From positions 62,001-126,000 of the forward strand of contig NIVC01000130.1 of assembly GCA_002269645.1 (NCBI GenBank): 64,000 nt of DNA. The letters run 5' to 3'. The notes below the pieces were generated by a model. That model ran no database searches and was not told the origin of the DNA. It was given only the letters and a program-made list of their open reading frames with translations. The translations under genes and the position numbers were made by a program. The stretch is from Macrostomum lignano (taxonomy: Eukaryota). This document shows positions 46,264 through 60,200 of the stretch, one piece after another (position 1 is the stretch's first letter; every line of letters starts with the position of its first letter).

Positions 46264-49200
46264 CTATTCCCCAGTCGGGTCTACAAAGGCCCAGATTTCT
46301 AAATCGCGCACTAGAAAATCTTCTTCAGTAGAGTCGCCGCACAGCACCGGACTATTAAAGGTCTCACAAGGCTGCGAGCGGCCACGGCAAAGATCGGCGT
46401 CTAGCCAGATTGCGCAACGACCGCCGGAGCTGCCAATGGCGAAGTGGTCCAGATCGCCACGCATAAAGAACATGTTCTCGCCCGTCCAAGCGTATTGATA
46501 GAAGTCTTTGTCTGCTTCGCACTCGGCTGAGCCATCGTTTGAGTCTTTGTCGCTTTCTGAATTATCTGAACTTGCTTCGCCGGCAAGTTGACCTTGGCCA
46601 TGTGACTGTTCGCTGAAAATAATTTATGGAGTTGTCACTTAGGCGACGTAGAGGACAACATGTGATGCAACACCCGTATGAGCAAATGCAATGCCCACGC
46701 TAGGGTAAGAAAGTAGGGTTTCTAAGGCTGTCGAACTCTTGGGGAATCAGCGAGATGGAATTCCATGACAATCTACCAAGATGGGAATCTATGAGATGAG
46801 AGTCTATGGGATTAGAACCTATGGATGGGAGTCTATGGGATGGGAGTCTATGGGATGGGATTCTATGAGATGGGAGTCTATGGGATGGAATCCATAGGAT
46901 GGGAAGTTATGGATTGGAGTCTACATAAAAGCAATGCAATAAATAAGCGAAACGCCAGCCAATAATTGTAATACATTGCACTTCTCCTCACCATTCGGGC
47001 CTCTCCCAGCGGAACACGAACGTCTCTCCAGTTCCATAGTAGCGCCGTTCGGACACGCGCAGCTCCGCCGATAGAAAAGCGCCAAACAGGCGCCCAGTCA
47101 CGGTTGCCACTAGCAACAGGCAGTAGGGCTCCCGGGCGCCGATGCAGCTCTCTGTCGCTGTCAGTCGACAAGCCCGATAGGCCGACTTCAACGAGAAGCC
47201 GTCCCGACGAGCCGAGTGCACCAGCCGCAGGTCAAGTCCTTCCGCTCGGCTGGGCAGCGCGGCGACAACATGTCGAAGCCGGCGACGGTTCAGTAGCCAT
47301 CGACGTCGAGCCGACGACGGCGACGATGTCGATAGGCGACGCGGCAAAGGCAGGTCGGAACGAGTCGGCAGAGCGGCGGCGACATTGGCGGATTCCGTTG
47401 AATCGGCCACTGTCGTCGGGGTGGCGCTCATGGCAGCCAGAAGGCCCCGATAATAGTCCGGGTGACTGCAGTCGGACGCCGTTGCGGCGGCGGAGGCGGC
47501 GGCCGCTGCCACGTCATCAGCCGTGATGTCGTCGTAGCTGTCGTTGTCATCGTCGTATTCCTCCGCCGAGGATGACGCGGCGACGTCGATTTCTACGGCG
47601 GCGACGTCAGCGCAGTCCTTGACTTCGTTGGCAGCCTGGGAGTCGCCGCTGGCTGGCTGCTGATGTACAAGGCGTTATTGACAGATTTGGTTTGATTGAC
47701 AAGCGTGTTAAGCGACATTGTCACACAACCGGCGAGAGGCATTGCTGCCCATTCCACCGACTCCCCTGAGCAGGCACACAAGAGCGCAGATACGTACGCA
47801 GCCATACGAAGTGTACAGCGGCCCCAACTCAGGCATGTACACTTCCCTGTGCTTTGGGGGTTGGCCCTCAAAGCTGGACGTTAATTGCACGAGCAGAGCC
47901 AAGCCGAGATTCCGATTTTTTAGCCCCAAATTAATGCGACTGCACTTGGAATCGAGCCTGGGCCGCTGGCACATCAGAGCGCCTCGCTGAACAACTAGGC
48001 TACGGCCCCTATTACTGTATAGTCTCAGTAAGACCCAGGGTGCTTGAGGGCGCTCGGGGAACAGAGGCACATTTGAAGTACATACTGCACTTTTCATTCT
48101 AATGCTTTGTTGGTCTTCGACTTAATTACGGAATAAAATTTGAAGAAAGTCCATTAAAAAAGAGGTTATATAACCGGCATTTTGATGGGCAGGTATGTTA
48201 AAAAAATAAAGGTACATTCTACATGTACAAATAGTGCGCGAAATAAATCTTGTCCGCAACCAAATTATGATTGGCAAGAATTTGGTCGTAAAAAAACATT
48301 TAAATCGAAAAAAAGTCTCTTTAGAAAACCTGAAACATTGACTCGCAATGAAAAATGTTGTGCATAAAAGCGTTTTATAGAAAAAAATCATATTGCCAGA
48401 TTTTGCAACAAGCGATTTTGCTCATTTTACCATGTGAGCAAATTTGCCTGAAAACAAGAAATACATTGTACTTCTTGTATATAACATTGTACTTAAAAAT
48501 TTAATGCTAGACACATGAGAGGAAAAAGGTGGGCATGGGGACACGGGGGGCATGGGGACACAAGGGGCATGGGGGACACAGGGGGCATGGGGACACAGGG
48601 GACACAGGGGGCATGGGGGACACAGGGGGACACAGGGGATACAGGGGGCATGGGGGACACAAGGGGCATGGGGGACACAGGAGGCATGGGGGACACAGGG
48701 GCATGGGGACACAGGGGGCATGGGGGACACAGGGGGCATGGGGGACACAGGGGGCATGGGGGACACAGGGGGCATGGGGACACAGGGGGCATGGGGGACA
48801 CAGGGGGCATGGGGGACACAGGGGGCATGGAGAGGACGCAGGAGGGGCATGAGAGAGTGACAATGAAACCAAAAAGGACATAAAAAAATTAACAGAAAAG
48901 CGACTGCCGAACTGCTAAGAACTTGAATTACCTTCGCCGTTTGAAGTTCTTTGCCGAGAAAATATAAGCAAAAATATAAAAAACATTTTACAATCAGTTA
49001 GCTAGTAATAGAAAATCAGCTACGTTGCAGAAATTATCGATCTACAAAATTATTAATCCTAGGTTAGGGTGAAATGCCTGCTGTTACAACAAAATCCTAC
49101 AGCTAGTGACTGTGTACACATGAATTTTTCGACTCAATACCATGCTTGATTCAAGTGGTAGGCAATTTCTGCTAGAAATTTCATGTCAGATTGCAAATAT

Positions 49201-52200
49201 TTAAAAAAATTGCTGAACTTTTTAACTTATGATCCGATAAAAGAAGATTTATGTACTTCAGAGGGGGTAAAGAGCTTTATATACTGAAAAGAACCATATT
49301 TAACCATAGAAATCCTTCGTAATTCACAACCGTAACTAAGTCGTTCCTAAACTTTCAGAGCCTTCACTCTTAAACCTTTAGTCCCTTCACTCCTGAACCT
49401 TCAGACCCTAAACTCCTGACTGAACCTTCAGTCCCTCTACTTCTGAACCTTAAGATCCTTCAATCCTAGACCTTCAGATTGGTGTAACCACTCTCTGGTC
49501 GCGGGGTCTGGTGGGGGAAATTTTTCAAAAGTTACCTCCGACCTCCGTGCACCTACTGGGCAAGAGCTGTCGAGACTGGGCCGGGTCCCTGACCAGGCCA
49601 GCTGACTCCCGCTCTGCTGCATCCCCCTGCTGTCTCGGTTCCGTCTCCCACTCAGCCACACGTGACTTTCCGGAGCCCCCTTTTCTTTCTAAACCTCACC
49701 CGCTTCTCCGTTTCCCATGCGCCCCACCCTATCTATCATGTACTTCTCCTGCTTCCCATCTTTTTGTCTCGTTTTAGCCCGTTTTTCTAGCGATGTCCCC
49801 TTCCTACTCCGTGCTTACTTACAGTATTTCCTGTGCTCACCGTCGCCCCATCTCCTTTTAGAATCCCAAACGGTGACGCAAGGCTTTTGACCCTTCTTTC
49901 ACCCCGATGATTCATACCCCCTCTTGCGCAACCTTTTTTCTTATGCTATTGTTCTCTTCTCAAGATTTCTCATGCGACACCCACCCCACATCCGCTTCTA
50001 TTGTTCTCGTTTTTTATTCTTTTGTTCTCCTTTTCGCACCCAATTAGCCCCTTTTTCCTATGTTTACTTTTCTATTGTTCTCGGTTCTCCCCAAATATCC
50101 CCGATTTCCATTTCCTTTGTTCTCGACCCGAGCCCCATTGTTCTCAATGTTTGCTTGCGCAACACTTTCTCTCGACCCCCCGCTGTGCTCATTATCCACC
50201 CACCCCACCTCCGGATTGCGCAATTTTCCCATTTCTCATGTTGCTATGGCGTTCTCATGCTTCTCATCATGACTCATTCTGACGTCATTTCTCCGGCAGC
50301 CAATCAGAGAGAGGGAGTTATGGAAACGACCTTGGATCGGCGGCTGTGAGGCCTATTTAAGGAAGCAGTTTTCGGCATGAGAATCCTCAGACTGTCTTTG
50401 TCTGGGTCTCCGACTACAAGCGTTCCTTCTCGTCCTATCTTTGGACTTGCCGTCAGACGCCGGTCTGATCCCCATTCGTCTATAGGACGAATCTCTGCCG
50501 GTCCGCGGTCTGATACCGCCAAGTTACCTCAGCTCCCTAAGCGAGCTCATCTGCCGGCCCGCGGTCTGATCCGCCCAGCATCGTCAGCATCGCCTGAGCT
50601 ACATCAGCGCCTCTCTCTCTCTCTCTTTGCAGCTGCCGGTAAGTTCCTGTACTAATTTGTGCTTTAATTGCCTTTGCTTATCCGGGGTTTGCTTATTTCC
50701 CATTGTTTGATTAGAGGGCTGAGCCAATTGCGATACCGTATCTTTTGCTGTATTTTATTGAATAGTGAAGCCGCCTAATTGCCTGTTTATTTTGCCTAAG
50801 GGCCTAATTATTAACCATTACTAAACTCCTCATTATTCACACCTTCAGAATCATTTCTTTCATGGCTTACTAAGCCTTTCTCCCTGGGTGGCAAAGCATA
50901 AGGAAATTTGGGTAAGCTAATGGCCTCTCCCCGTGCAAAGCCCGCCTGTGTGTGCGTGCTGCGGGTCCGTGTGTGCGTGCAGTAGAGGGATTAGCGGGTC
51001 TCGGCACAGAATGGCAGTAGGAAGGTTGCAACCCCATGCTTACGCGTCCCTTCGCCCTGAGCAATCTAAACTTTAGCTAGTATATTTTCATCTCACACTA
51101 CTCTTAGTAATTGAAGTCGCAAGTCCGCCTCGCTCATAGCCACAAAGGATCCCCTTCTGAGAAATCCAGATTGAGCCCAGAGTTCCCGATCATGCCCCAA
51201 GCAGAGTCCCTGTACTCGGCTGCATGTGTCTCCCCTGTTAGCCTAAATCCCCTGGTAACCAATCCAGACGGGGCTCTGGCCTCGAGAGGTCTGGTAGTGA
51301 GATCTAGGTGCGCCAGGTCACATAGAGTGTTGGCAGCCACTCGGGTCATGCTATGACCGAGTGACCAACTATTGCACCTTGGCTACAGGTGGGGTCCATG
51401 TGGGTCCTTGGCCCTCTGGTCACGAAAGCGCTAGCAAAGCTACCAATCATGTGGGCGGGACAGTCTGGTGCTGGAGGTCCGTCAGGTCATTGCCCGGTCA
51501 TAGGCAGCCTACGATCATTGCCCCCTATGGTCAGGCGTTCGCCTCCCCGCGGAGCGGACGGTCATCAAGGGCGGTTACATAAAGATCCTAAATTCCTGAA
51601 CCTTCAGTCCCTTTACTCCTGAACCTTCAGACCCTTGACTCCTGAAACTTCAGATCCTTAACTACTGAAACTTCAGTCCCTTCACTCTTGAACCTTCAGT
51701 CCCTTTACTCCTGAACCTTCAGACCCTTGACTCCTGAAACTTCAGATCCTTAACTACTGAAACTTCAGTCCCTTCACTCTTGAACCTTCAGTCCCTTTAC
51801 TTCTGAACCTTGAGAGTCTGAAGTCTGAAGATCCTTTACTCCTGAACCTTCAGACCCTTCACTCCTGAACCTTCAGACCCTTCACTCCTGAACCCTCAGA
51901 CCCTTCACTCCTGAACCTTCAGATCCTTCACTCCTGAACCTTCAGATCCTTCACTCCTGAACCTTCAGATCCTTCACTCCTGAACCTTCAGATCCTTCAC
52001 TCCTGGAACTTCAGTCTCTTTACTCTTGAATCTTCAGATCCTTCATTAAGCGACTCCGGAACCTTCATGTCTTCAAAATTTAGTTTCAACAAAAAGTTGA
52101 ACATAAAAATGCAATTTTATTGAAACACGAATTAATAAGCTACTCACATTATTCCTATGCTTCTTTCTTGGCCTCTTATTACTGTGCTTGCCAATTCCAC

Positions 52201-52846
52201 AATGCCGACAAAACATTAACAAAGCGTCAGCATCTGTCGGTCTAGCCGTAAACCAGAACTCGTCAACCGGTGCACTACTATTAGTAGCAGTTTTATTATT
52301 ATGACAATCCTGTTCAATTTTTCTACAACCAAAGCACAGATACAAAGGCATTGATTGATTTTCGCTGGTTAAATCTTGACCAGGCTGATATTCGAACTGG
52401 GATTGGGCTGGCCGATCCTCAGGTCTGGTAGCAATCAGTTCGGGGCTGGTGTAGGCAGACAAATAGGCCAGGCCGGCTAACGGCCTAGCAACACAGTAAG
52501 GCTCGGGCCCTCGGTCAACAACCAGCGGATCAGATAGAGACGGTTGGAACAGCAAGCTATTCGGCGTCACCAATAAGCAGCCCGTAGCAACGCCTTCGCA
52601 ACGGGTTACTAATCTAGCATTGGCTCGAACAAATCTTGGCGGCCTTGACAACTGAGCATTGGGCTGATCATCTCTATCTGCTTCGGCTTTGTTCTCCGAA
52701 TTCTTGCTGCCGCGCTGCGGCACTGCCAAGCGAAGGCCCGGATACAGGAGGCCGCTGTTTAGTCGATGCCGATTCAAGCAGCGAATTTCGCCGGGGGTTG
52801 TGTCGAACCGAGCGGCTACACTGTTCAACGTGTCGCCGTCCGTCAC
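46264..52846 (-). CDS. OXR1: OXR1/NCOA7-family protein (LysM, GRAM-like, TLDc), 5'-incomplete. Exons 52846-52148, 47659(or 47656)-46992, 46612-46264
   Basis: LysM: VTDGDTLNSVAARFDTTPGEIRCLN. GRAM-like: GCLLVTPNSLLFQP..DPLV. TLDc: DGFSLKSAY, FGAFLS, YYGTGETFVF, YAWTGENMFFMRGDLDHFAIG, CETFNSPVL, DFLVRDLEIW. Phases are compatible. The first exon(s) were not found. Confidence 0.88.
46780..46922. repeat. Short array of the 15-bp gagtctatgggatgg family
   Basis: Same unit as 41488-42052, in the last OXR1 intron. Confidence 0.85.
47885..48009 (-). mobile_element. tRNA-derived SINE with intact head
   Basis: GGGGCCGTAGCCTAGTTG (A-box-like)...GGCTCGATTCC (B-box-like). Second copy at 40625. Confidence 0.65.
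48525..48850. repeat. G-rich 17-18-bp minisatellite (ggggcatgggggacaca)
   Basis: About 17 copies in an OXR1 intron. Confidence 0.92.
49340..52070. repeat. 23-bp satellite (ccttcactcctgaaccttcagac), split by the 2.1-kb insertion
   Basis: Units at ~49340-49480 and 51585-52070. Confidence 0.85.
49483..51579 (+). mobile_element. 2.1-kb solo-LTR-like element
   Basis: Inverted termini TGTAACC...GGTTACA. Internal CCAAT (~50300), TATTTAA (50354) and a strong donor ccg|gtaagt (~50639). No convincing ORF. No TSD found. Confidence 0.6.
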
Positions 52847-52912
52847 CTGTTGGTTAAAATTGCGATTGCCGATATGTATAGAAAACAAATTATTAAAAGC
52901 AATTGTGCATAA

Positions 52913-53741
52913 TAGGGGTTGGCAAACTTTATTACCTCGAGGCCCAGATATAGAATCTAGGAAGGGAAAGGAAGAACGAAAAGAGAAGAGGGAAGAGGAG
53001 AGAGGGTAGCAGGGACAAGAGAAAGGAGAGGAGAGAAGCGAGAAGAGAGAAGGAAGAGGAGAAAGGAGAAGGGAGAGGAGAGAAGGGAGGGGAGAGAAGG
53101 GAAGGGAGAGAAGAGAGAGGAGAGAAGAAAGGAGAGAGAAGAGAGAGGGGAGAAGCGAGGGGATAGAAGGTAGGGGAGAGAAGGGAGGGGAAAGAAGGGA
53201 GGGGAAAGAAGGGAAGGGAGAGAAAAGAGAGGGGAGAAAGGAGGGGAGAGAAGGGAGAGGAGAAAAGAGAAGGGAGAGGAAAGAAGGGAGAGGAGAGAAA
53301 GTAAAGGGAAGAATGGAGAGGAGAGAAGGGAGATGTGAGAAGGGAGAGGAGAAAAGAGAAGGGAGAGGAAATAAGGGAGAGAGAAGGGAGAGGAGAGAAA
53401 GTAAAGGGAAGAAGGGAGAGGAGAGAAGGGAGAGGTGAGAAGGGAGAGGAGAGAAAGTAGAGGGGAGAAGGGAGAGGAGAGAAGGGAGAGGTAAGAAGGG
53501 AGAGTAGAGAAGGGAGAGAGAGAAAGGATAGGAGAGGAGAGGAGAGAGGAGAAGGGAGGGGAGAGAAGGGAGAAGGGAGAGAAGGGAGGAGAGAAGGGAG
53601 AGAGAAAGAAGAAAGGAGCTAAAAAGAAACACCAACATTAAACGGGCCAGATTGCTATTGTGAAGTTTCAAAGGATCCAAGGGCCAGATAGAGAGGCTTG
53701 GTGGGCTGCATGTGGCCTATGGGCCAGAGTGCCAACCCCTG
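52913..53741. mobile_element. hAT-like MITE with an internal GA-rich expansion
   Basis: TIR taggggttggca/tgccaacccctg. 8-bp TSD gtgcataa/gtgtataa. Confidence 0.8.
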
Positions 53742-55952
53742 GTGTATAAAAACTAAGATAAATAAACATTCCTGGTATTCAAATGTAGTTTTTTCTTCAG
53801 ATGCCATGGCTGATGAACTTCAAAAGATTCATTTATAATAACTGAAAAAAATTTAAAGGTTGGATAGGATCAGGATCTAATTTCTGTTGGGATCTAATGA
53901 TTTATTTTAGTGGTTGAATAGGATCCATTTTAGATATATGTAATAAATATAATGATTTATTATTAAGATGTGTTCAATTAGTCCCTTCTCTTTTGAATAT
54001 AGCTCAGATTATAGAGGTCTGATTGCAAAGCAGTTTCTGACTAACAGTTAGAACTTTTATATATGCTTGTTGACACAAAATTATATTAAAGTAAGAAACT
54101 AGTTCTGAGCTATATTAGTTTTTTAGTAATAGTTCACTTTGGTAACAAGTGAGAATAGCAGTATATATTGATTGATATACTTCAAAAGAATGTGCTAATG
54201 AACTTAAAGAAAAGAAAGACAAAAAATAATTGAGATACATTCTTTCACACTTTGAGAGATTTTGATTGATGCAGAAAACTACTTGTTTAAGTATTTTAAC
54301 CAATCTTTTTTAATAACTGGGTGCACTAGATGCATGCAACAAAGACATCCTATAATTGACCAAATATTGTATATATTAGAATTTCTGAGTTAGCAACTTG
54401 AAATTACAGAATCTAGGCCTACTTTCTTTTTCATTAATTACTTACAATATTTTAATTTTAAAAATGCACTTTGAAAGTTAATTTGTAAATTTGAACAGAT
54501 TAAAATGCACCTTAGCTAGAAAATTAAACTATATGTGACAATAAAATATTTAAAATACTAATTATTAAATTAATTAGAGCTAAAGTTAGGCCTAACTACC
54601 ATAAAGATATAGTGTTAATAGTTCTAGATCTGCTTTGTTATTGAAGTGGCTGTTACCAAAATGGTTTGTATTTGTTTTTTTTCAAAACACTAGGTTTAAA
54701 TAAATTGATGTCTGCAAAAAGCTATTTTTTCTAGTAACAAACACCTTTATTATAAAACATGGCATTTAGTGCAAAATTAGATAAATGTTGTAAATGATAT
54801 TAGAATTTAAAAAAACTTATATAAAGGTTCAACTAGCTTTCAAAAACTGCTTTCCTCCATAGCTAAAGCTATACTCAATAAGAAAAAGACTTATGGAATA
54901 CTGCCATGTAACTTTATTTAATATAAAAGCCTGTGATCTTGTTAGTTAAGGTGGCCTAAAGGATAAGGATAAGGATGGTTCAATAAAGGATACCATTTTA
55001 TCAACTATTAGCTATAAGCTAGAAGACCATGGCTGATAAAGAATCAAACATGCTTTTTCAACATATTGACAAGTTCTTTATTAGCAATAGCTAAGGGCAA
55101 TACCAATTGCCTTATCTTTCTCTTTTTTATTTGCTATATTTGATTGGGTTCAATATAGAAATAAATATGCCTTTAATGACCTTAACCTATTTGTATAAAT
55201 TTAGGCCTAGTCTACCTTATATAGGAATAGATATTTGACTTGATATTATTCTATATATATCATTTATACCATTGTTAGCTTTGTCTTAGAGTTGAATAAT
55301 GCAAGAGTAGATCCTCCCTTTCCTTAGCAATATATACTGGCATATATGAAGTCAGTCAAGCAAGTCAATAATAGTGCACAATTTTGGTCCAAAAATGGAG
55401 TCGGTGATTCATGGTTGCGTGATTCTGTAAGCCAATTTAAGCATGCGAAGTATTGAAGTGAAAGTAAATTAGTTTATTGAATATATTAATTGTTTCCTAG
55501 AAAACGGTTGCTACAAATACGTAGGACAAACAGCGTAAAATTTAAATTTATTAAAACAGCCTTTAGAGTATTTGTAAACTTATTAAAGACTTAATGTTAT
55601 TGTAACATAGAAGCTTATGTATAACACAGAATGCAAGTTCTTATAGTTATTTTGTTTTACTTTAATAAATCCATACTTTGTTCTGTCAATTGTAGCCGTT
55701 AGCTAAGTGAAATTCTTTGGCTGTTGTTACGGCAGTAACAATTTACTTTGATATACGCGTATAGGGGAAAATAACGTGCGTGAGTAAAAAAAATTACTCA
55801 TACGAGTACCTACCATAAGTCGATATCTTTGTGCTAATGAACCAAAACACCATTAACTTAGTTGCAGTTATTAAACTGGTAGCAATAAACTATGACAAAT
55901 ATTTAGCTGAATAATTGTATCACCTTTAATGTATGTACTATACGTTCGCTCT

Positions 55953-55955
<3 letters not shown>

Positions 55956-56010
<55 letters not shown>
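55956..56010. repeat. (CT)n microsatellite
   Basis: About 27 units. Confidence 0.97.
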
Positions 56011-56013
<3 letters not shown>

Positions 56014-56374
56014 TCGGGCCTTTGTTGATTTTTGCACTGCCACATACATGAACATGCATGTACCACGTCTTGCACATGAATATTTTAAAATAAGTTGATT
56101 ATATAAATGCTTGTATATTTAGAATTTTTAATATATATACACATGTATATTTAATTAAGTTTGAGAATTATTGCATGCATGTGTTTGCTACATGTACTCG
56201 TAAAATTCCAAAGCTATAATAAGGTCTGGCAGAATTCTGCTTAGGTAATGTATGTATGCAGTGCAGTGCAGTCTCAACAGCAGAGTGCAGTCGGCTGTTG
56301 TGGGTACTTCTAAATTAACTTGTACGTTATTAATAATACCATACGTGTGTACATGTACTATTGCTACATTCATA

Positions 56375-56552
56375 ACGGGTGTCTCAAAAAAGGGCAATTT
56401 TCAACATCGTGGATCGGAACTTCCTCTCAAATTGGATACGAACTCTATTAGAACTCTACAAATCAGCAGCAAGCACTTGTAAGCTTTTTGGTGAAGTTAT
56501 TTCCAACGGAAGCTGCTATAGCTCTGTGTCATGTCAAAGAAAGATAAAAGCT
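56375..56552. mobile_element. Left end of a Tc1-like MITE related to 44131, apparently interrupted
   Basis: ta|acgggtgtctcaaaaaagggca matches the 44131 terminus. No right TIR in the window. Confidence 0.5.
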
Positions 56553-57228
56553 CCCTAGGGACCCAAAATGGACAAATAATGCATTTTCAGAATCTAATGA
56601 CAAAATAGTGCATTCTTGGTGCATTATATGTACGTGCATTTTTAATGCATTTTTAGTAAAAGTTCTATCTACACTATTTAACAAAATAAGCATGAATTTA
56701 GTTCAAGATTGGCTTTATTGCGCATCTGTGTATTTATAAATTATACTTCCGTTGCTAACTTTGAAGAACAAATAATAAAACGTGGTGCGATAAAAATGCA
56801 TTATTTTCTGTAACAATTATCAAATTACAAATGCATTTTTTATATCCAGCCGTAGCGAATTAGACCATCACAAATTGAAATTAAAATGGCGGTCTAATTG
56901 CGTGCTGGATTATTTTGTTGCTCGAAGCGAAATTCGTAATTAAATTTCTATTTCAGGTTCTTATCTAGCAAACAAACTTACATTCGTACGCAAAAATTGG
57001 GTCGCTTTTGTTATTTCTCTATAACATAGCTTGTTCAATCGATTTTGATTGTCGAAATAAAAGCTTTGTTTTCTTCACTATTTTATGACATCCTCTCAAC
57101 AATTTAATTGCATTAATCAATCTGGTGTGACAATTATTCCAATTTCTAATTATTCCAATTCAGTTAATATATTATTATTATAGGTTTGAATTTATTGACT
57201 TCAGACACTAAGAGTTGGTGGATCTTGA

Positions 57229-60200
57229 ATGGATCTTGCGGCTGGTTCAAGTAGGCGCTCTTCGAATAGAGTAGTGAAACCAGTGCAACGATTGGCAAAT
57301 TCTGCTGCGTCATTTTATGATTCGAAGTACCTACTATTCTTCATTCGAAAGACAAGAACTTATCATAACTTTTCCCGTGGCAGTCTTGCACTTAGCCATA
57401 ATGAGCCTGATGTGAAATTCATTTTTGTAAGTAATTTTTTGCTTACTTACTAGGCCCAGGCCTAATCCTAGTAATTGTTACAAATGCTATTGCATATTGT
57501 ATACAAAATTCTGCAGGATTTGAAAAAATAAATAAATTGCTTGAGTGCATATGGCTTAAAATGAATGTAGTTTTGTGTGCCTAACTATCAAATATCTATT
57601 AACTCCTACAAATATATTTATTAGGGCCTAAAGTTAAATGAAGCTAAATAGTTTTTTATATTGTTTTACTAGTAGGCTGGGCTTCTATAGCCATATGCCT
57701 AGTTTAGGCCATGTAGGGAGTAGGCCCTGATGCCCAACTATAGAACTAGTTAGGTATTTTTTAGTGAATTAGGCTTATTCTAAGATTTCATCTTTTTATA
57801 GTTTTAGTAATACTAGGCCAAGGCTGTTTAATTTGCAAAAGACTACTTTTTAGTGCTTGAAATAGGCTGTTTAGTTGCTATCAATGTTAGAGTATGATTA
57901 GCTAACTCATGCATAAAGAACTATGGTTGGTTTGGCTAGCTTTCCTTTCTTTTCTATATGTTCTCTATTCTAAGTATAGAGAGAATATATTGGGCTGTTA
58001 GGAAAATTCTGTCCGTTTTGACTAAAATATGTTGGAGCGAGTTTTTATAGGAATGCAGCAGTGTTACTCAGTAAAATAATTGCCATCGCAATCGATGACC
58101 CTCTGCCAACGAGAGGGCAGACTTTGGATGCCAGCTCTGTAGAAATCCTTGGGCTGTGATTCAAAAAAGTTAGTAATGCAGTCCTTGACCCCTTTGTCAT
58201 CTTCAAACGTTTTCTCTTTCAGATGATGGTGCAGCGCTCGAAAAAGATGGTAGTCTGTAGGGGCCAGATCGGGGCTGTACGGTGGGTGGGGCAGCACTTC
58301 CCAGCCCAGATCCAGCAGCTTTTGTCGGGTCAAATTGGCGGTGTGCGGCCGAGCGTTGTCATGAAGGAAGCGAACATGCTGACGCCCTGGACGCTGTGTG
58401 TGGAGGCAGTCGGCCACATTCTGCAGCTGGTTACAGTAGAGCTCGGCGGTGATGCTGGTGTTGGGCGGCAGCAGCTCGAAGTATACAACTCCTTCACTGT
58501 CCTACCAACAGCAGAGCATCACCTTCTTAGGGTGCAGTGGGGCCTTTGGCTCTGGCTGTGGCGGTTTGCCGGCATCAACCCACTGGCGCTTGCAGTGTAT
58601 ATTAACGTACATCACCCACTTCTCATCGCCAGTGAGTATTGAGGCCAGCCAGTCTGTTGTTCTCTTGTAGGAGAGCAGTGAGGTGCAAATGTCTGCTCGG
58701 CTTTGACGGTCCCTGTCAGTCAGGTCATGGGGGGTCCACTGTCCGAGCTTGCTTTTCTTGCCCATGGCAGCCAGGTGTTCAGCGACTTGCACATGGGAGC
58801 ACCCAAGAGTGGCTGCCAGCTCTCGTGTAGTCTGGTGCGGATTGGCCTCCACAAGTGTCCGCAGCAGCTCAGTGTCTATCTCAGATGGGCGTCCAGGGCG
58901 AGGTTCGTCAGCAAGGCTGTAGTCGCCGCTGCGAAAGCGATCAAACCAACGACGGGCTGTGCGGTCAGAGACAGCATCCTGGCCAAATGCACTGCACAGG
59001 CGTCGAGTCGATTCGGCTGCTGTAATACCTGCTAGAAAATCATATAGCATGCACTGCCTTAGAGCGATGCTGTTTAATTCAAAATTTCTGGCCATAATTG
59101 GGCGCTGAAAAGCAAATGACTTGGTTAGAATGACCACAACTCTGGCTGTATATGCATACACAAGTATTGGATCCAACACAGCTTCATGATCCTCTGCATA
59201 GAAAAATAAAAAACGGACAGAACTTTCCTAACAACCCAATAGAATTTTGGCCATTTTTAAATGTCTTATTGTCTATTTTTTTAATATATATTTTGTATAA
59301 TGTATTCATTTTCAAACTTGACTGCCTTCATTGATTTTTATAACATTTTATATAGTGGTCTCAGTATGTTTATATATCTATTTATCTATGAGCTATTTTA
59401 TTCCTATGCTAAGCCTAAGGTGTTCAATTCATAGGAAGGTCTATTTGCTGATAAGGTAGGCCCTATATTCTATCCAATAGCAAGTTTACTATTTGAACTA
59501 TTGTCCAGTGCTTTAGTTTTCTATTTTAATATTTCTTATACTTTTAGTTTTCCTAGTATTTTAATAGGCTATATTTGCCAACTCTATTAAGCTATCTAAA
59601 GTTTTATTTTAGTTAAGTTTGTCTATTTTTCCAATGGATTTATTCTCTTTAGCTTGTCTATCTTTCTAAAGGACTCTTTTGTTTAGTTTGTCTAACTTTC
59701 TAATAGGCTATATCTATTTTGTTAACTATTCTAAAAAGAATTTTCTATTTAGTTTGTTTATAATTCTTAATTAAAAAATTAATTTGGTCTAATATTAGCT
59801 CAAAATCTAATAATGAATCACATTTTTATTTTAGGGTGAGGACTACCCACTTGCTCTCAAGGATGGCATTTTCAATGGCATGTTCATTGCAGCTGAACCA
59901 TGGTCAAAAATGATCTACCTTGAGAAGGAGCTTGATGCATTCATAACTGAAAACAAGGAGAACTCCGAGCTCTCTGATCATGTCCAGTCTCATATGAAAG
60001 TCTTCATGAGACAACAAGAAGACTCAAGTGATGAAGATGCAGGTGATATTGACGATTCGGATGATGATGAGACCTGGCAGCCTACTCCGCCTCCTACTCA
60101 GGTTTCTTTTGTAAGCCCAAGTCCAGTTTCGACACCTACAGCTGCTCATTCTCGTGCTAGGAAGCAATCTCAAGGCAGTCTAGCAAACAAGCGGCCAAGG

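Noticed and set aside
48925-48960. Possible alternative first exon of a short TLDc-only OXR1 isoform (GAAG|gtaatt on -)
   Set aside because: Only a donor-like site. No start codon or promoter support.
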